A DNA stretch of 64,000 bases. It comes from an uncultured delta proteobacterium (lineage in GTDB: Bacteria; Desulfobacterota; WTBG01). Positions 11,854 to 21,199 of this stretch are shown here, piece after piece. Where the stretch lies: contig CAWCBP010000008.1 in assembly GCA_963793865.1 (NCBI GenBank), positions 224,001 to 288,000 of the forward strand, written 5' to 3'. Under the pieces are notes generated by a model, which was not told the origin of the DNA, did not search any database, and saw only the letters and a list, made by a program, of their open reading frames with translations. A program made the translations under genes and the position numbers. Every line of letters starts with the position of its first letter. The stretch's first letter is position 1.

Positions 11854-12363
11854 ATGGGAAAGATTTTTTTCAAGTCACTGGTTGTTCTTCTAAGCTTTCT
11901 GCTACCTGTATGCGGTACCCGGTATTTGTGCCGATAAGGACAAAACTGACTCGAGTGATATTAAGAAGATGGAAGAGACCATTAAGAAACAGGAGGAAAT
12001 GATAAAACGGCTGCAGTCTGAAATAAATAAGCAGCAGAATAGGGTCGAAAAGGCTTCCAGTCAGCCGCAGCTCGAAAGGCAGACATTGTTGAACAGGCCT
12101 TGCGTGAGAGCTGGGGCTGTTGCGGTACCGAATCCCGCGTGGTGAAGATAAATGATGGAACCGTCTCGATTTACTTTAACAATATCCATGATATTATAGG
12201 TTTTTTTGATTCAGGCGCTGAAGGCCATGCCCGCGCTGACCATGCTGTTTTTCTTAAAGCAACCGGCCTGGAGCGCGGCACCATTGAATATTATTCCGCC
12301 GAGAGAAGACTTTATGCCATCTCCGGCAGTCTTGCAGAGGCGAAAACGGCACAATATTATTAA
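11854..12363 (+). CDS. Hypothetical exported coiled-coil protein (at least two frameshifts)
   Basis: AAGGAGG SD before ATG 11854; signal-like MGKIFFKSLVVLLSFLL; KMEETIKKQEEMIKRLQSEINKQQ in the next frame; joins ORF 12100..12363. Confidence 0.5.
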
Positions 12364-12501
12364 ACGCATGATAAGAGGGGGCACACAAAAATGATGATGG
12401 GTACAGCATCGGTCTGCAGGGGGTTATACAAATATGCCTGAATACCCCGCAGCTCTGTTGGGTTGGTAATGCACTGTCGGGAGATGAGGATGCAAGTAAG
12501 T

Positions 12502-12555
12502 TGCAATGACGAAGGATGAGCGTAACGCAGCAGATGGGTGTTTTTCAACAGCCTG
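12502..12555. mobile_element. Partial (right-end) copy of the MITE at 49625-49775
   Basis: TGCAATGACGAAGGATGAGCGTAACGCAG..TTTTTCAACAGCCTG matches 49722-49775 with 3 mismatches. Confidence 0.8.
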
Positions 12556-12942
12556 TCAGATAAATTCAACATTTCGGGTGGCTGATTTAACCACGAAAAT
12601 GCGGTTGTTGTTTCCGTTGCAATCGGCGGGTGACATGATAAAACCCGGGCGGTCGGGCGAGTAACCCAGAACGAACCCCACGATAACCTCACCGTCGGCA
12701 AACTCCACCCTGATCTTCCTGCCTCCCCCCTGAATGACGTCATTATAGGTCTCTTTATAATCCTTGTTGCCTTCGATGTCTTTGACAAAAAAGAGGGCCT
12801 TCAGCGTGTCCACGTCCACTGCTTCCGTTGACCCGTCCGTGCAGGTGAAATGAAACCGCGCTTTGTTGGGGAGGAAATCACTGGTAATTCCCTTGCGCAC
12901 GGTACCGTTCTTAAGCTGAATGACCACCTTGTTCTGCTGCAT
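12556..12942 (-). CDS. Conserved hypothetical protein (DUF6982-like)
   Basis: NKVV..KNG..RKG.T.DF.P, LKALFFVKD..G, GRKIRVEFADGEVIVG..GY..DRPGF..PAD..GNN.RIFV; GGGAGG SD. Confidence 0.75.
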   Translation of the reverse strand: MQQNKVVIQLKNGTVRKGITSDFLPNKARFHFTCTDGSTEAVDVDTLKALFFVKDIEGNKDYKETYNDVIQGGGRKIRVEFADGEVIVGFVLGYSPDRPGFIMSPADCNGNNNRIFVVKSATRNVEFI

Positions 12943-13119
12943 GACCCGCCTCCCGAATCATAAACCGGATGCGCCGGCGCTGTCTCAGGCTGGTACTCCT
13001 TGTTCCGCCGGGTCGCCTCCCGGGGAGCTGTGAGAGAGACTACCCACCGTATCGTCAGCAGTGCTGAAATGCATGAGCAAAAATTGCGTGCACGCATTTC
13101 AGACGGATATGCGCGAGCG

Positions 13120-15606
13120 TTACTGAGCGAAGAGAATGTGCGCGTTCGGCTGGTTGTCGATCAGCACGAATTTCACCGCGTCGGCAATAGTGCTGTACGA
13201 ACCGGGCGATGTCAAGGTCACCGTGCACGCGGTCCCCGCTTCAAGCATGTAGGAACCGAGCAGATTCCACTGGCCTCCCCCCGCTTTTTGGTTGACGGCA
13301 ACGGTGTCCAGCACCTCTCCCCCGCAGGTAATGGTTACCGGGCAGCTGCTGCAGCTTGAGAGGAGGGAACTCCACCACAGATATACCTCGTAATAACCGG
13401 CCATGGGCAGGGTCGGCCCCCAGGTGTAGGTGCCGGTTTTGGTCAATACCGCTGAAGTGCCCCTGAAGGCGTCAGTTCTTGGCGCCGTCTTCCATCTTCC
13501 GCTGAAAGAGGTGCAGTCCTCCCCGTTGTCACAGGTTATCTCAACCGGGCCGACATACAGCGTTGAGCGTGCGGGCAGAGACCATATACCCTCGTCGTCC
13601 TGGACGCTGAAGCTTATCTGGTGCGTCCCCTCCGAGAGGCTGGATGCATACAGCAATTCGGTGTTGCCTAATTCTCCATCGCGATCGGAAATCCAGCTGT
13701 AGCCGATTATGCTTCTCCCGGTTGGGGAGGTGCCGCCACCTTCAAGGTAGACTTCCTCGTTTACGTCCGCTGGGTTGGGGGCAATACTGCTGATGTGGGC
13801 CTCGGGCAGGCTTTCTCCGCGATAGACAAGCTTTACCGCGTCAGCGCAGGTTTTGATGTTATAACCCTCTGATTTGAGCGTGACGCTGCATGTGCTGCCC
13901 GCTTCAAGATTGTACGTTCCCAGCGCATTCCACTGTCCGCCCTGAGCCCGCTGGTTGACGGAGAGCGATGCCACTGACTCTCCATTGCAGATGATCTCAA
14001 CCGGACATTTTTTGCAGCCTGTGGGAAGAGCGCTCCACCACATGGAGACATCATAGAAGCCTTTCCGGGGGAGTTCCGGTGCCCAGCTATGAGTCACGAT
14101 CCTGCTGGAAACGCGCGCGGTTCCCTCAAAGGCGTCTTCCCTGGTGGCGGTACTCCACGCGCCGCTGTATGATGAGCAGGTATCGGGGTTGTCGCAGACA
14201 ATGCCCGCCTCCTCGCAGAGGTCGCTTTCCTCGTTGCAGGTGAGCTGTTGGCAGGGATCCCCCGAGTGCACGGTGCAGCCTCCGTCACCGCACGCATCAT
14301 CACCGTTGCAGAAGAGCCCGTCATCGCACAGGGCGGTGTTATTAGTATAAACGCACCCGGTTAGCGGGTTGCATGCATCATCCGTGCAGCTGTTCCCGTC
14401 ATCACAGGCAAGAGGGGTTCCGGCGACACAGCTCCCGCTGGCGACGTCGCAGCGCTCAATCCCGGTGCAGAGGTTGTTATCCGTGCAGTCGCCGTCCTGC
14501 ATGCAGCACCCGGGCAGGGCGGTGTAGACGCAGCCGGTTTGAGGATTGCAGCTGTCGCCGGTACACACGCTGCCATCGTTACAGTCGACGGGGTTGCCGC
14601 CCTGGCAGACCCCGTTCAGGCAGGCGCTCGCCGTGGTGCAGGCATTGCCGTCATCGCAGGAGGCGGTGTTGTTGGTGTGAACACAGCCGGAAGTGGCGTT
14701 GCAGGAGTCGGTGGTGCAGAGGTTGCCGTCATCGCAATTGAGCGCTGTTCCGCCGACGCATGTGCCATTGGAGCAGATGTCGGCGGCGCTGCAGGCATTG
14801 CCGTCATCACAGGAGGCGGTATTGTTGGGATGGGTGCAGCTTCCCGATCCGTTGCAGATATCATTGGTACAGACATTGCCGTCATCAGTACAGGCCGTTC
14901 CGCCGGCGGTAAGACAGTTATCGGCAGCCTCATTGCAGGTGTTGTTGCAGACCGTCCCGCCGCTGCAGGGGTTGCCGGCATGCACGGAGCAGATTCCCCC
15001 GCCGCAGGTGTCACTGCCGTTGCAGAACAGACCGTCGTTGCAGGAGACGGTGTTGTTGGTGTGGAAACAGCCGGACGCGGGGCTGCAGCTGTCCGTGGTG
15101 CAGACATTGCCGTCATCGCAGTTGAGTGTGCTTGTCCCCACGCAGGACCCATTGGAACAGATATCGCCGGTCGTGCAGAGGCTGTTGTCATTGCAGGCCT
15201 GATTGGTGCAGTCGGCATCAGCGCAATCGACTTTGCCGTCCCCGTCATTGTCAATGCCGTCCGCGCATTTTTCCGACCCGGGGGCAACACTGGTAATCTC
15301 GACAGACTTTTGACTCTCGTTAAGGGAGGTGTCAAATGCGGACATGGTTATGTAGTACCGTGTGCCCTCGTTAAGATTGGAGAGTACATAGCTGGTGACT
15401 TTGCCGGGTTCTTTTACAGAGGTGTAATTGCCCGACGATGTTCCGTAGTAAATGCGATATCCGGCAAGATCGGTTTCAGTGTTCGCATTCCAGGCCAGAT
15501 TTAAAGAAGCGCCAAAAACAGGCGGCGCCCCAAAAAATAAAAAAAATCCAATCACAATAAGTGCGGTTATTTCATTTCTAATTTTTTTATCTATTTTGGT
15601 AATCAT
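13120..15606 (-). CDS. Secreted surface protein: fibronectin-III domain, Cys-rich CDDGN-CT-D-C repeats, two golvesin/xanthan-lyase C-terminal-like domains and a PKD-like domain; C-terminus probably frameshifted
   Basis: Signal peptide; LAWNANTETDLAGYRIYYGTSSGNY; repeated CDDGNxCTxDxC; YxVxxWW..VNQ..GGQWNxLG..ADAVK twice; YSWISDRDG..GTHQISFSVQDDEGIWS. Confidence 0.85.
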   Translation of the reverse strand: MITKIDKKIRNEITALIVIGFFLFFGAPPVFGASLNLAWNANTETDLAGYRIYYGTSSGNYTSVKEPGKVTSYVLSNLNEGTRYYITMSAFDTSLNESQKSVEITSVAPGSEKCADGIDNDGDGKVDCADADCTNQACNDNSLCTTGDICSNGSCVGTSTLNCDDGNVCTTDSCSPASGCFHTNNTVSCNDGLFCNGSDTCGGGICSVHAGNPCSGGTVCNNTCNEAADNCLTAGGTACTDDGNVCTNDICNGSGSCTHPNNTASCDDGNACSAADICSNGTCVGGTALNCDDGNLCTTDSCNATSGCVHTNNTASCDDGNACTTASACLNGVCQGGNPVDCNDGSVCTGDSCNPQTGCVYTALPGCCMQDGDCTDNNLCTGIERCDVASGSCVAGTPLACDDGNSCTDDACNPLTGCVYTNNTALCDDGLFCNGDDACGDGGCTVHSGDPCQQLTCNEESDLCEEAGIVCDNPDTCSSYSGAWSTATREDAFEGTARVSSRIVTHSWAPELPRKGFYDVSMWWSALPTGCKKCPVEIICNGESVASLSVNQRAQGGQWNALGTYNLEAGSTCSVTLKSEGYNIKTCADAVKLVYRGESLPEAHISSIAPNPADVNEEVYLEGGGTSPTGRSIIGYSWISDRDGELGNTELLYASSLSEGTHQISFSVQDDEGIWSLPARSTLYVGPVEITCDNGEDCTSFSGRWKTAPRTDAFRGTSAVLTKTGTYTWGPTLPMAGYYEVYLWWSSLLSSCSSCPVTITCGGEVLDTVAVNQKAGGGQWNLLGSYMLEAGTACTVTLTSPGSYSTIADAVKFVLIDNQPNAHILFAQ
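14215..15267 (-). repeat. Intragenic tandem Cys-rich repeats (Dictyostelium CTDC-like)
   Basis: Repeated C(D/N)DGNxCTxDxC units; recurring nucleotide motif TTGCCGTCATC on the + strand. Confidence 0.85.
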
Positions 15607-15650
15607 TGCGCGCTCCAATTTTTATGATTTTTTATATTTAAAGCACTTAC

Positions 15651-15666
15651 TGCAAGCCGGATGCCA
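15651..15666 (-). promoter_or_regulatory. Sigma54 (-24/-12) promoter upstream of the Cys-rich surface protein
   Basis: Minus strand TGGCATCCGGCTTGCA versus consensus TGGCAC-N5-TTGCW, about 45 bp upstream of ATG 15606; AT-rich tract further upstream. Confidence 0.75.
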
Positions 15667-15922
15667 CAGAGAAAATTGCCATCATCATTTTAATATATTG
15701 AAATTTATGATTTATTTTAATTGCCGCGGCTGTCCTCTGGAGGCCGGGGCCGGGAAGAATATGAAAAATTTAAATGTATATGTATGAAAATTTGAAACAT
15801 GACTTCACGGGGACCACTGATGGAAGAATCGCATGGCCTATGGGGGCATTGGCCTTCTTCTTGCTCCGGTTTGCGGTGTACCGGTTCTGTCTTTATGCCC
15901 TGAACTGTATCCGGTTTAGCTG

Positions 15923-15951
15923 TTGACACCCTTCCGGAAAAATTATATAGA
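15923..15951 (+). promoter_or_regulatory. Sigma70-type promoter of the adaptor/TPR/thiolase operon
   Basis: TTGACA-17 bp-TATAGA; inverted repeat AGAGCTT..AAGCTCT (15949-15967) overlaps the expected start site. Confidence 0.5.
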
Positions 15952-16019
15952 GCTTCTAAAAAGCTCTCGGAGTGCGTAACTGCCCACTCGCGCGTACGGC
16001 ATAGTTGAGGCGTGCAGAC

Positions 16020-17261
16020 ATGAAAGAAGAGCTTTACACCGATCTCAAGAAGCTAAAGATAGATCCTGCGTCTCCCAAGACCCGCTCGTTTCCCGGAAAA
16101 GTGGCGGTTCTGTGCGGTGTCATGGTGATAGCCGGGTTTGCCGTCTTTCTGCTCGTCAGGGACTTTGATGACCCGCGGAAGCAGGTTACGGTGCTGACGG
16201 TGAATGCTCCCCCGGCGGGGGACGGGCCGGTCCTGATGACCGCCGGAGGATATATCGTAGCTGAAAGCGAGGTCACCGTGAGTTCCAAGGTTGCGGGCAG
16301 AATAGACTCTCTAGCGGTGCAGGAGGGCGATCTGGTTCAAAAGGGTGAGGTTATCGCCGTTCTGGACGGTGAAGAGTTTCAGGTGCAGGAGGAGGAGGCA
16401 CGGGCGAACCTGGAAAAAGCGCATCTGCATCTCAAGCATAAGCAGGAGCTGCATCAGAAGGATGTTGCCGAGGTGAAACGGAGACGGGAGCTTTTCCGGG
16501 AGCATCTCATTTCACCTGCCGAATTGGACAAAGAAGAGAAAACCGCGGTTGTTTCCGAGCTCGAACTGGACTCGGCGCAGTCGGAGGTGGAGGTGTGTAA
16601 AAAGCAGCTCGAGCTTGCCCACATCCGCGCCGCGGAATCGATCGTCAGGGCGCCCATAACCGGTACGGTGATCGACAAGATTTCTGATGTGGGCGAAATG
16701 CTCTTTCCCATGAAGACATTTGAAGGCATATCGGGTTCCGCCGTAGTAACCCTGGCTGATTTGAATGTGATGAATGTCGAGGTGGACATCAATGAAGATG
16801 AAATCAATGCCATTCACATCGGCAACCGCGCCCTGATCACCCCCGATTCATTGCCTGAGAAAACCTATGAGGGGGAGGTGACGGCCATTTCACCCATGGC
16901 TGACCGGCAGAAGAATGTGGTGCCCGTCAAGGTCAGGATCAAAAATCCTGATAGGTATCTCAAGCCGGACATGAGCGCCAAAGTGGCATTCCGGGAAAAC
17001 GCATCCGTCATAGCGCCGGAAGCATCAGGAATTACCATACCGCGCGATGCGGTGATTGAGAGGGACGGGAAAGACCTGGTCTTTGTCATAGAAAATGGAA
17101 TCGCCGTGGAACGGGAAGTTCACCTGGGAACGATGCGGGGAGCGGGGGTGGCGGTTGAGAGGGGCTTGACGGGGGGAGAAAAACTGGTGGTTGAAGGCCA
17201 TGCTCATTTGCGGTCCCATGATAAGGTGAGCTGTCAGGAAAGAGCGGGAATAGGCATTTAG
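16020..17261 (+). CDS. Efflux periplasmic adaptor (MacA/HlyD-type membrane fusion protein)
   Basis: VSSKVAGRI..V.EGD.V.KG, IVRAPITGTV, VEVDINE, YEGEVTAISP, LKPDMSA, IPRDAV; N-terminal TM. Confidence 0.92.
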   Translation: MKEELYTDLKKLKIDPASPKTRSFPGKVAVLCGVMVIAGFAVFLLVRDFDDPRKQVTVLTVNAPPAGDGPVLMTAGGYIVAESEVTVSSKVAGRIDSLAVQEGDLVQKGEVIAVLDGEEFQVQEEEARANLEKAHLHLKHKQELHQKDVAEVKRRRELFREHLISPAELDKEEKTAVVSELELDSAQSEVEVCKKQLELAHIRAAESIVRAPITGTVIDKISDVGEMLFPMKTFEGISGSAVVTLADLNVMNVEVDINEDEINAIHIGNRALITPDSLPEKTYEGEVTAISPMADRQKNVVPVKVRIKNPDRYLKPDMSAKVAFRENASVIAPEASGITIPRDAVIERDGKDLVFVIENGIAVEREVHLGTMRGAGVAVERGLTGGEKLVVEGHAHLRSHDKVSCQERAGIGI

Positions 17262-17295
17262 GCTTCTTATAATTTGATGCTCGCAAGGAGATCAC

Positions 17296-17868
17296 ATGAT
17301 GAAAACGAGCCGTGTTCCGGGATTAATGGTGCTGATGCTCCTGCTGGCGCTGTGTGCCGGCCGCGCTTATTCCCAGGAGAAAAAGCAGGAAGTGCAGAAC
17401 CCCTCCCCGCGGGAGATAGACGCGGCGAAAGAGCACTCCAGGGGGACGGAGCAGATGCTCGCTCAAAAATACAAGGAGGCCATAGTATTTTTCAGGCGGG
17501 CAATAGATCTGAACCCGGACTTTTCAGAGGCATATTACAATCTGGGCATTTCCTACGAGAAGCTTGAGCAACATGAGGATTCGGTTGAGGCGCTGCAAAA
17601 GTCGATCCGGCTCACGCCGGATAACGCCAATGCGCACTATGCCCTGGGATACGCATACTGCCGGCTCAGGCGCTACAAGGATGCAATCGATGCGCTTGAG
17701 CGCTCGCTTGCCTTGAAACCCGACAACGCCTTTGCCCGGGCCAAGCTGGGTTCCGCGTACCTGGCCATGGGCAATAAAGACAAGGCGCAGGAGCAGTATC
17801 AGCTGCTCAAGACACTCAATGCTGCCATGGCCGAGGACCTTCACCGTGAGATTGAAGGGAAAAAGTAA
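17296..17868 (+). CDS. Exported TPR protein
   Basis: Signal peptide; EAYYNLGISY and AHYALGYAY TPRs. Confidence 0.9.
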   Translation: MMKTSRVPGLMVLMLLLALCAGRAYSQEKKQEVQNPSPREIDAAKEHSRGTEQMLAQKYKEAIVFFRRAIDLNPDFSEAYYNLGISYEKLEQHEDSVEALQKSIRLTPDNANAHYALGYAYCRLRRYKDAIDALERSLALKPDNAFARAKLGSAYLAMGNKDKAQEQYQLLKTLNAAMAEDLHREIEGKK

Positions 17869-17944
17869 ATGCCCGCCCATGCGCGGGATACCGGGCGGCG
17901 CATTCCTGGTACGCTAAACCGAGAACCATATGAAAGGAACGGCA

Positions 17945-19210
17945 ATGGGACCTAAGAAGAGAAAGCTGGGCAGGGGCGTTGCGATCGTCGGCGCGGGCAT
18001 GTCGCGGTTCGGGGTGTTCAAGGAAAAGGCATCCCGTGACCTCTTTGTGGATGCCTTCCTTGCCATGAAGGCGTCGGTAGACCGGGGGGTTGATGTGAAT
18101 GCGATTGAGGCCCTCTATCTCGGCAATCTTACCAGCGACCTTTTCGAAGGCCAGTGCCATCTTGCCCCCATTATGGCGGATTGGATCGGCATGGTGCCGA
18201 AGCCGGCGACCCGCTTTGAAGATGCCTGCGCAAGCGGAGGGGTGGCCATGCGTGAGGCGATCATCGCCATTGCCTCCGGTTTTTATGACATGGTCCTGGT
18301 GGGCGGAGTGGAAAAAATGTCCAACCTTTCCACCGCGCAGGTGACCGATACCCTGGCCGCGGCGGGGGATATCCTCTATGAAGCCCCGACGGGATTTACC
18401 TTCCCCGGATTTTATGCGGCGATTGCCACGGCCTACATGCATAAGTACGGGGCGAAGGTGGAACATTTCATGAGCGTGGGACTTAAAAATCACCGCAACG
18501 GGGCCCTGAATCCCAAGGCCCAGTACCAGGTCACCATAGAAGATCTGATGGCGCGGAGGATTGCCAAGGTGAAAGAAAAGGGAGGGCCGGTTCCGGCCTG
18601 GCGCGACGTCTGGGATTTTCTTAAGGATGAGGAAGCCAATCCCGTGGTTGCATGGCCCATGCGGCTGTTTGACTGTTCTCCCATCACTGATGGCGCCGCC
18701 TGTCTTCTTCTGGTAGCCGAAGAACTGGCCGGCAGCTTCACGGACAAGCCGGTCCATATCATCGGGACGGGCCAGGGCAGCGGGTCCGCCATGCATGGCC
18801 GTGAAGACGTGACCTCGCTGGAAGGTGCGCTGGCGGCCGCGGCAGAGGCCTATCAGATGGCAGGGGTAACCCCTCAGGACATCAAGATTGCCGAGGTGCA
18901 CGATTGCTTCACCAGCGCCGAGATTATTGCCAGCGAGGACCTGGGCTTGTTCGGGCGGGGGGAGGCATCACGGGCTGCTTTTGAAGGAGCGACCGCGCTC
19001 ACCGGGAGGAGACCGATCAATACCTCGGGGGGACTGAAATCGAAGGGGCATCCCATAGGCGCATCCGGCGTGGCTCAGGCGGTGGAGATATGGACGCAGA
19101 TGAGGGAAGAAGCGGGAAAACGGCAGGTCAAAAACGTCGATCTGGCGCTGACCCATAATGTGGGGGCAACCGGCGGAACCTGCGTGGTGCACATTTACGA
19201 GAGGAGATAA
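17945..19210 (+). CDS. SCP2-type thiolase
   Basis: EDACASGG (Cys), DCSPITDGAA, EVHDCF, GGLKSKGHPIGASG, THNVG. Confidence 0.93.
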   Translation: MGPKKRKLGRGVAIVGAGMSRFGVFKEKASRDLFVDAFLAMKASVDRGVDVNAIEALYLGNLTSDLFEGQCHLAPIMADWIGMVPKPATRFEDACASGGVAMREAIIAIASGFYDMVLVGGVEKMSNLSTAQVTDTLAAAGDILYEAPTGFTFPGFYAAIATAYMHKYGAKVEHFMSVGLKNHRNGALNPKAQYQVTIEDLMARRIAKVKEKGGPVPAWRDVWDFLKDEEANPVVAWPMRLFDCSPITDGAACLLLVAEELAGSFTDKPVHIIGTGQGSGSAMHGREDVTSLEGALAAAAEAYQMAGVTPQDIKIAEVHDCFTSAEIIASEDLGLFGRGEASRAAFEGATALTGRRPINTSGGLKSKGHPIGASGVAQAVEIWTQMREEAGKRQVKNVDLALTHNVGATGGTCVVHIYERR

Positions 19211-19214
19211 GCTC

Positions 19215-19637
19215 ATGGCAGAGGAGAGAGAATATACCGCGGCATCTTTTAATGCCTTCTTAAACGAGAAGAAACTGATGGCATCGCGATGCGCGAAATG
19301 CAATGCCGTGTACCTGCCGCCCCGTCCGCTCTGCACGTCCTGTTATGGTGCCGACATGGAGTGGGTGGAGTTGAAGGGCCGGGGGAAGTTGACCGCCTAC
19401 ACGGTCATTGCAGTCGGTCCGACATTCATGGCTGAAGAGGGTTATGACCGGGAGCACCACTACTGCGCGGGAATAGTCCAAATGGAAGAAGGCCCCAGCA
19501 TCAGCGCCCGCGTTCTGGATGTTGATGTCAAGCACCCTCATGCCATTAAGATCGGCACACCGTTGGAAGTCTGCTTTTTGAGCCGGGGTGAAGGAGAAAG
19601 TAAAAAAACATTTCTGGCCTTCAGGAAGACCGGCTGA
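19215..19637 (+). CDS. DUF35 Zn-ribbon/OB-fold thiolase partner
   Basis: CAKC..YLPPRPLCTSC, GRGKLTAYTV; GAGGAG SD; directly after the thiolase. Confidence 0.92.
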   Translation: MAEEREYTAASFNAFLNEKKLMASRCAKCNAVYLPPRPLCTSCYGADMEWVELKGRGKLTAYTVIAVGPTFMAEEGYDREHHYCAGIVQMEEGPSISARVLDVDVKHPHAIKIGTPLEVCFLSRGEGESKKTFLAFRKTG

Positions 19638-19684
19638 TCAAGGCTGATGTTCCGTTCCCATCCTCAGCTCTGGAAAACGTACCT

Positions 19685-20644
19685 GTGAACCTGCCTTTTA
19701 AACTTCCATCTCACAAGCCGTTTGATGTCGTGGGTCTGGGATTAAACGCGGTGGATTTCCTCTGCGTGGTTCCCCATTTCCCCGCGTATGACAGCAAACT
19801 TAAGATGCTTAATTTCAGGCAGGCGGGCGGTGGCCAGGCAGCCACTGCCATGGTTGCCTGCCGGCGCCTGGGGCTTAAGACCCGGTACGTGGGAAAAATG
19901 GGGGGAGGAGACTTTGGTGATTACTCCCGGAAGAGTCTGGTGGAAGAGGGAGTGGATATTGAAGGGGTGGCAGTGGTGCCGGATACCAGGAACCAATGCG
20001 CCTTCATCCTCATCGACGAGGGCACGGGAGAGCGCACCATCATCTGGGATCGGGACAGCAGGCTTGCGATGCATCCCGGCGAGGTTCCCCGGGAGATTAT
20101 CTGTTCCGCACAGGTCCTGCTGATTGACGGTCATGATGCTGCTGCCGCGGTCCAGGCAGCCCGGTTTGCCAGGGGGGAGGGAATGTGCGTGATCATGGAT
20201 GCTGAACGGATTTCCGATGAAACGGCTGAGCTGGTATCGCTGTCCCATGTGGTCATCGGCGAGAAACGCTTCCCCGAACGCTTCACCGGCTGCGGCAATC
20301 TCAAGGAAGGGCTTACGCAGATTGCGGGCAGAGGTCCGCAGATAGCGGGCGTCACCCTGGGAAGAGAAGGGGCGCTTGCTTTGTATGACGGGCGCTTTTA
20401 TCATTCTCCCGCCTATGAGGTGAGCTGCCGTGACACCACCGGGGCCGGGGATGTATTCCATGCAGCATTCATCAGGGGCCTCTTTGAAGACTGGGACCTC
20501 TCCCGCTGTCTTGATTTTTCCAACGCGGTAGCTGCCTTGAAATGCAGGGACCTGGGAGGAAGGGCGGGCCTGCCCTCGTTCAGCGAAGCGATCGCATTTA
20601 TGGAGAATGGTAAACGCCTTACCGTGCGGCACGCGGGATTTTGA
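19685..20644 (+). CDS. PfkB family carbohydrate kinase
   Basis: GGGQAATA, GERTII, DTTGAGDVFHAAF. Confidence 0.92.
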   Translation: MNLPFKLPSHKPFDVVGLGLNAVDFLCVVPHFPAYDSKLKMLNFRQAGGGQAATAMVACRRLGLKTRYVGKMGGGDFGDYSRKSLVEEGVDIEGVAVVPDTRNQCAFILIDEGTGERTIIWDRDSRLAMHPGEVPREIICSAQVLLIDGHDAAAAVQAARFARGEGMCVIMDAERISDETAELVSLSHVVIGEKRFPERFTGCGNLKEGLTQIAGRGPQIAGVTLGREGALALYDGRFYHSPAYEVSCRDTTGAGDVFHAAFIRGLFEDWDLSRCLDFSNAVAALKCRDLGGRAGLPSFSEAIAFMENGKRLTVRHAGF

Positions 20645-20764
20645 CCGCTCACGGGCGGGGATGTGTGATCATTCCGGGCTGCATGCAGTAAAACGCGTGA
20701 TGATTGTCTTTCCCCGGCGTGTTTGGGGAATCCCGTGTTATGGTCCGGCAGGGAGGATATACGG

Positions 20765-21199
20765 ATGAAAATGCATGAGCTGATAACCGGCCTGAGGCAC
20801 ATTGGTGTCATCGTCAAGGATGCCGAGCAATCCATGAGCCTGTTCAAGAACCTGCTTGATTTGGATGACAGTGACATCACGGTTGTTTCTTCCCAGGTGA
20901 CCCGTGGCGAAAGTGTATTTTCTTTCATTCCGGCGGGGGGCATAGAGCTTGAGCTGATACAGCCCCTTTCGGAACGCTTCGGTGCCATGCTCGGAAATCC
21001 GCCGGCCGGCATCAATCATATTGCCTTCACGGTTACCAATATCGAAGAGGCGGTGACACGCATGGAAGCAAAAGGCGTCCGGCTAGGTCACGTCACCAGG
21101 GATGGCATTCTCGACATGGGCAGAAGCAAGGTTGCCTATTTTAATCCCGAGGATACGGGCGGGATCCTGATCGAGTTTGTGGAGCCGGTGGAGGAGTGA
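20765..21199 (+). CDS. VOC family protein, methylmalonyl-CoA epimerase-like
   Basis: HIGVIV, ELELIQP, GINHIAF.V, GGILIEFVE metal ligands. Confidence 0.85.
   Translation: MKMHELITGLRHIGVIVKDAEQSMSLFKNLLDLDDSDITVVSSQVTRGESVFSFIPAGGIELELIQPLSERFGAMLGNPPAGINHIAFTVTNIEEAVTRMEAKGVRLGHVTRDGILDMGRSKVAYFNPEDTGGILIEFVEPVEE

Noticed and set aside
12360..12788. ORF containing RLLKNTHLLRYAHPSSL
   Set aside because: It is a translation of the MITE fragment plus an alternative frame of the DUF6982-like gene.
14215..15267. Periodic nucleotide repeats resembling a CRISPR array
   Set aside because: They are in-frame degenerate codon repeats of a Cys-rich protein, with no constant repeat/unique spacer pattern and no cas genes.
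14539..15504. Alternative-frame Ala/Thr/Pro- or Gly/Val-rich ORFs over the Cys-rich gene
   Set aside because: They are by-products of the repeat codons.
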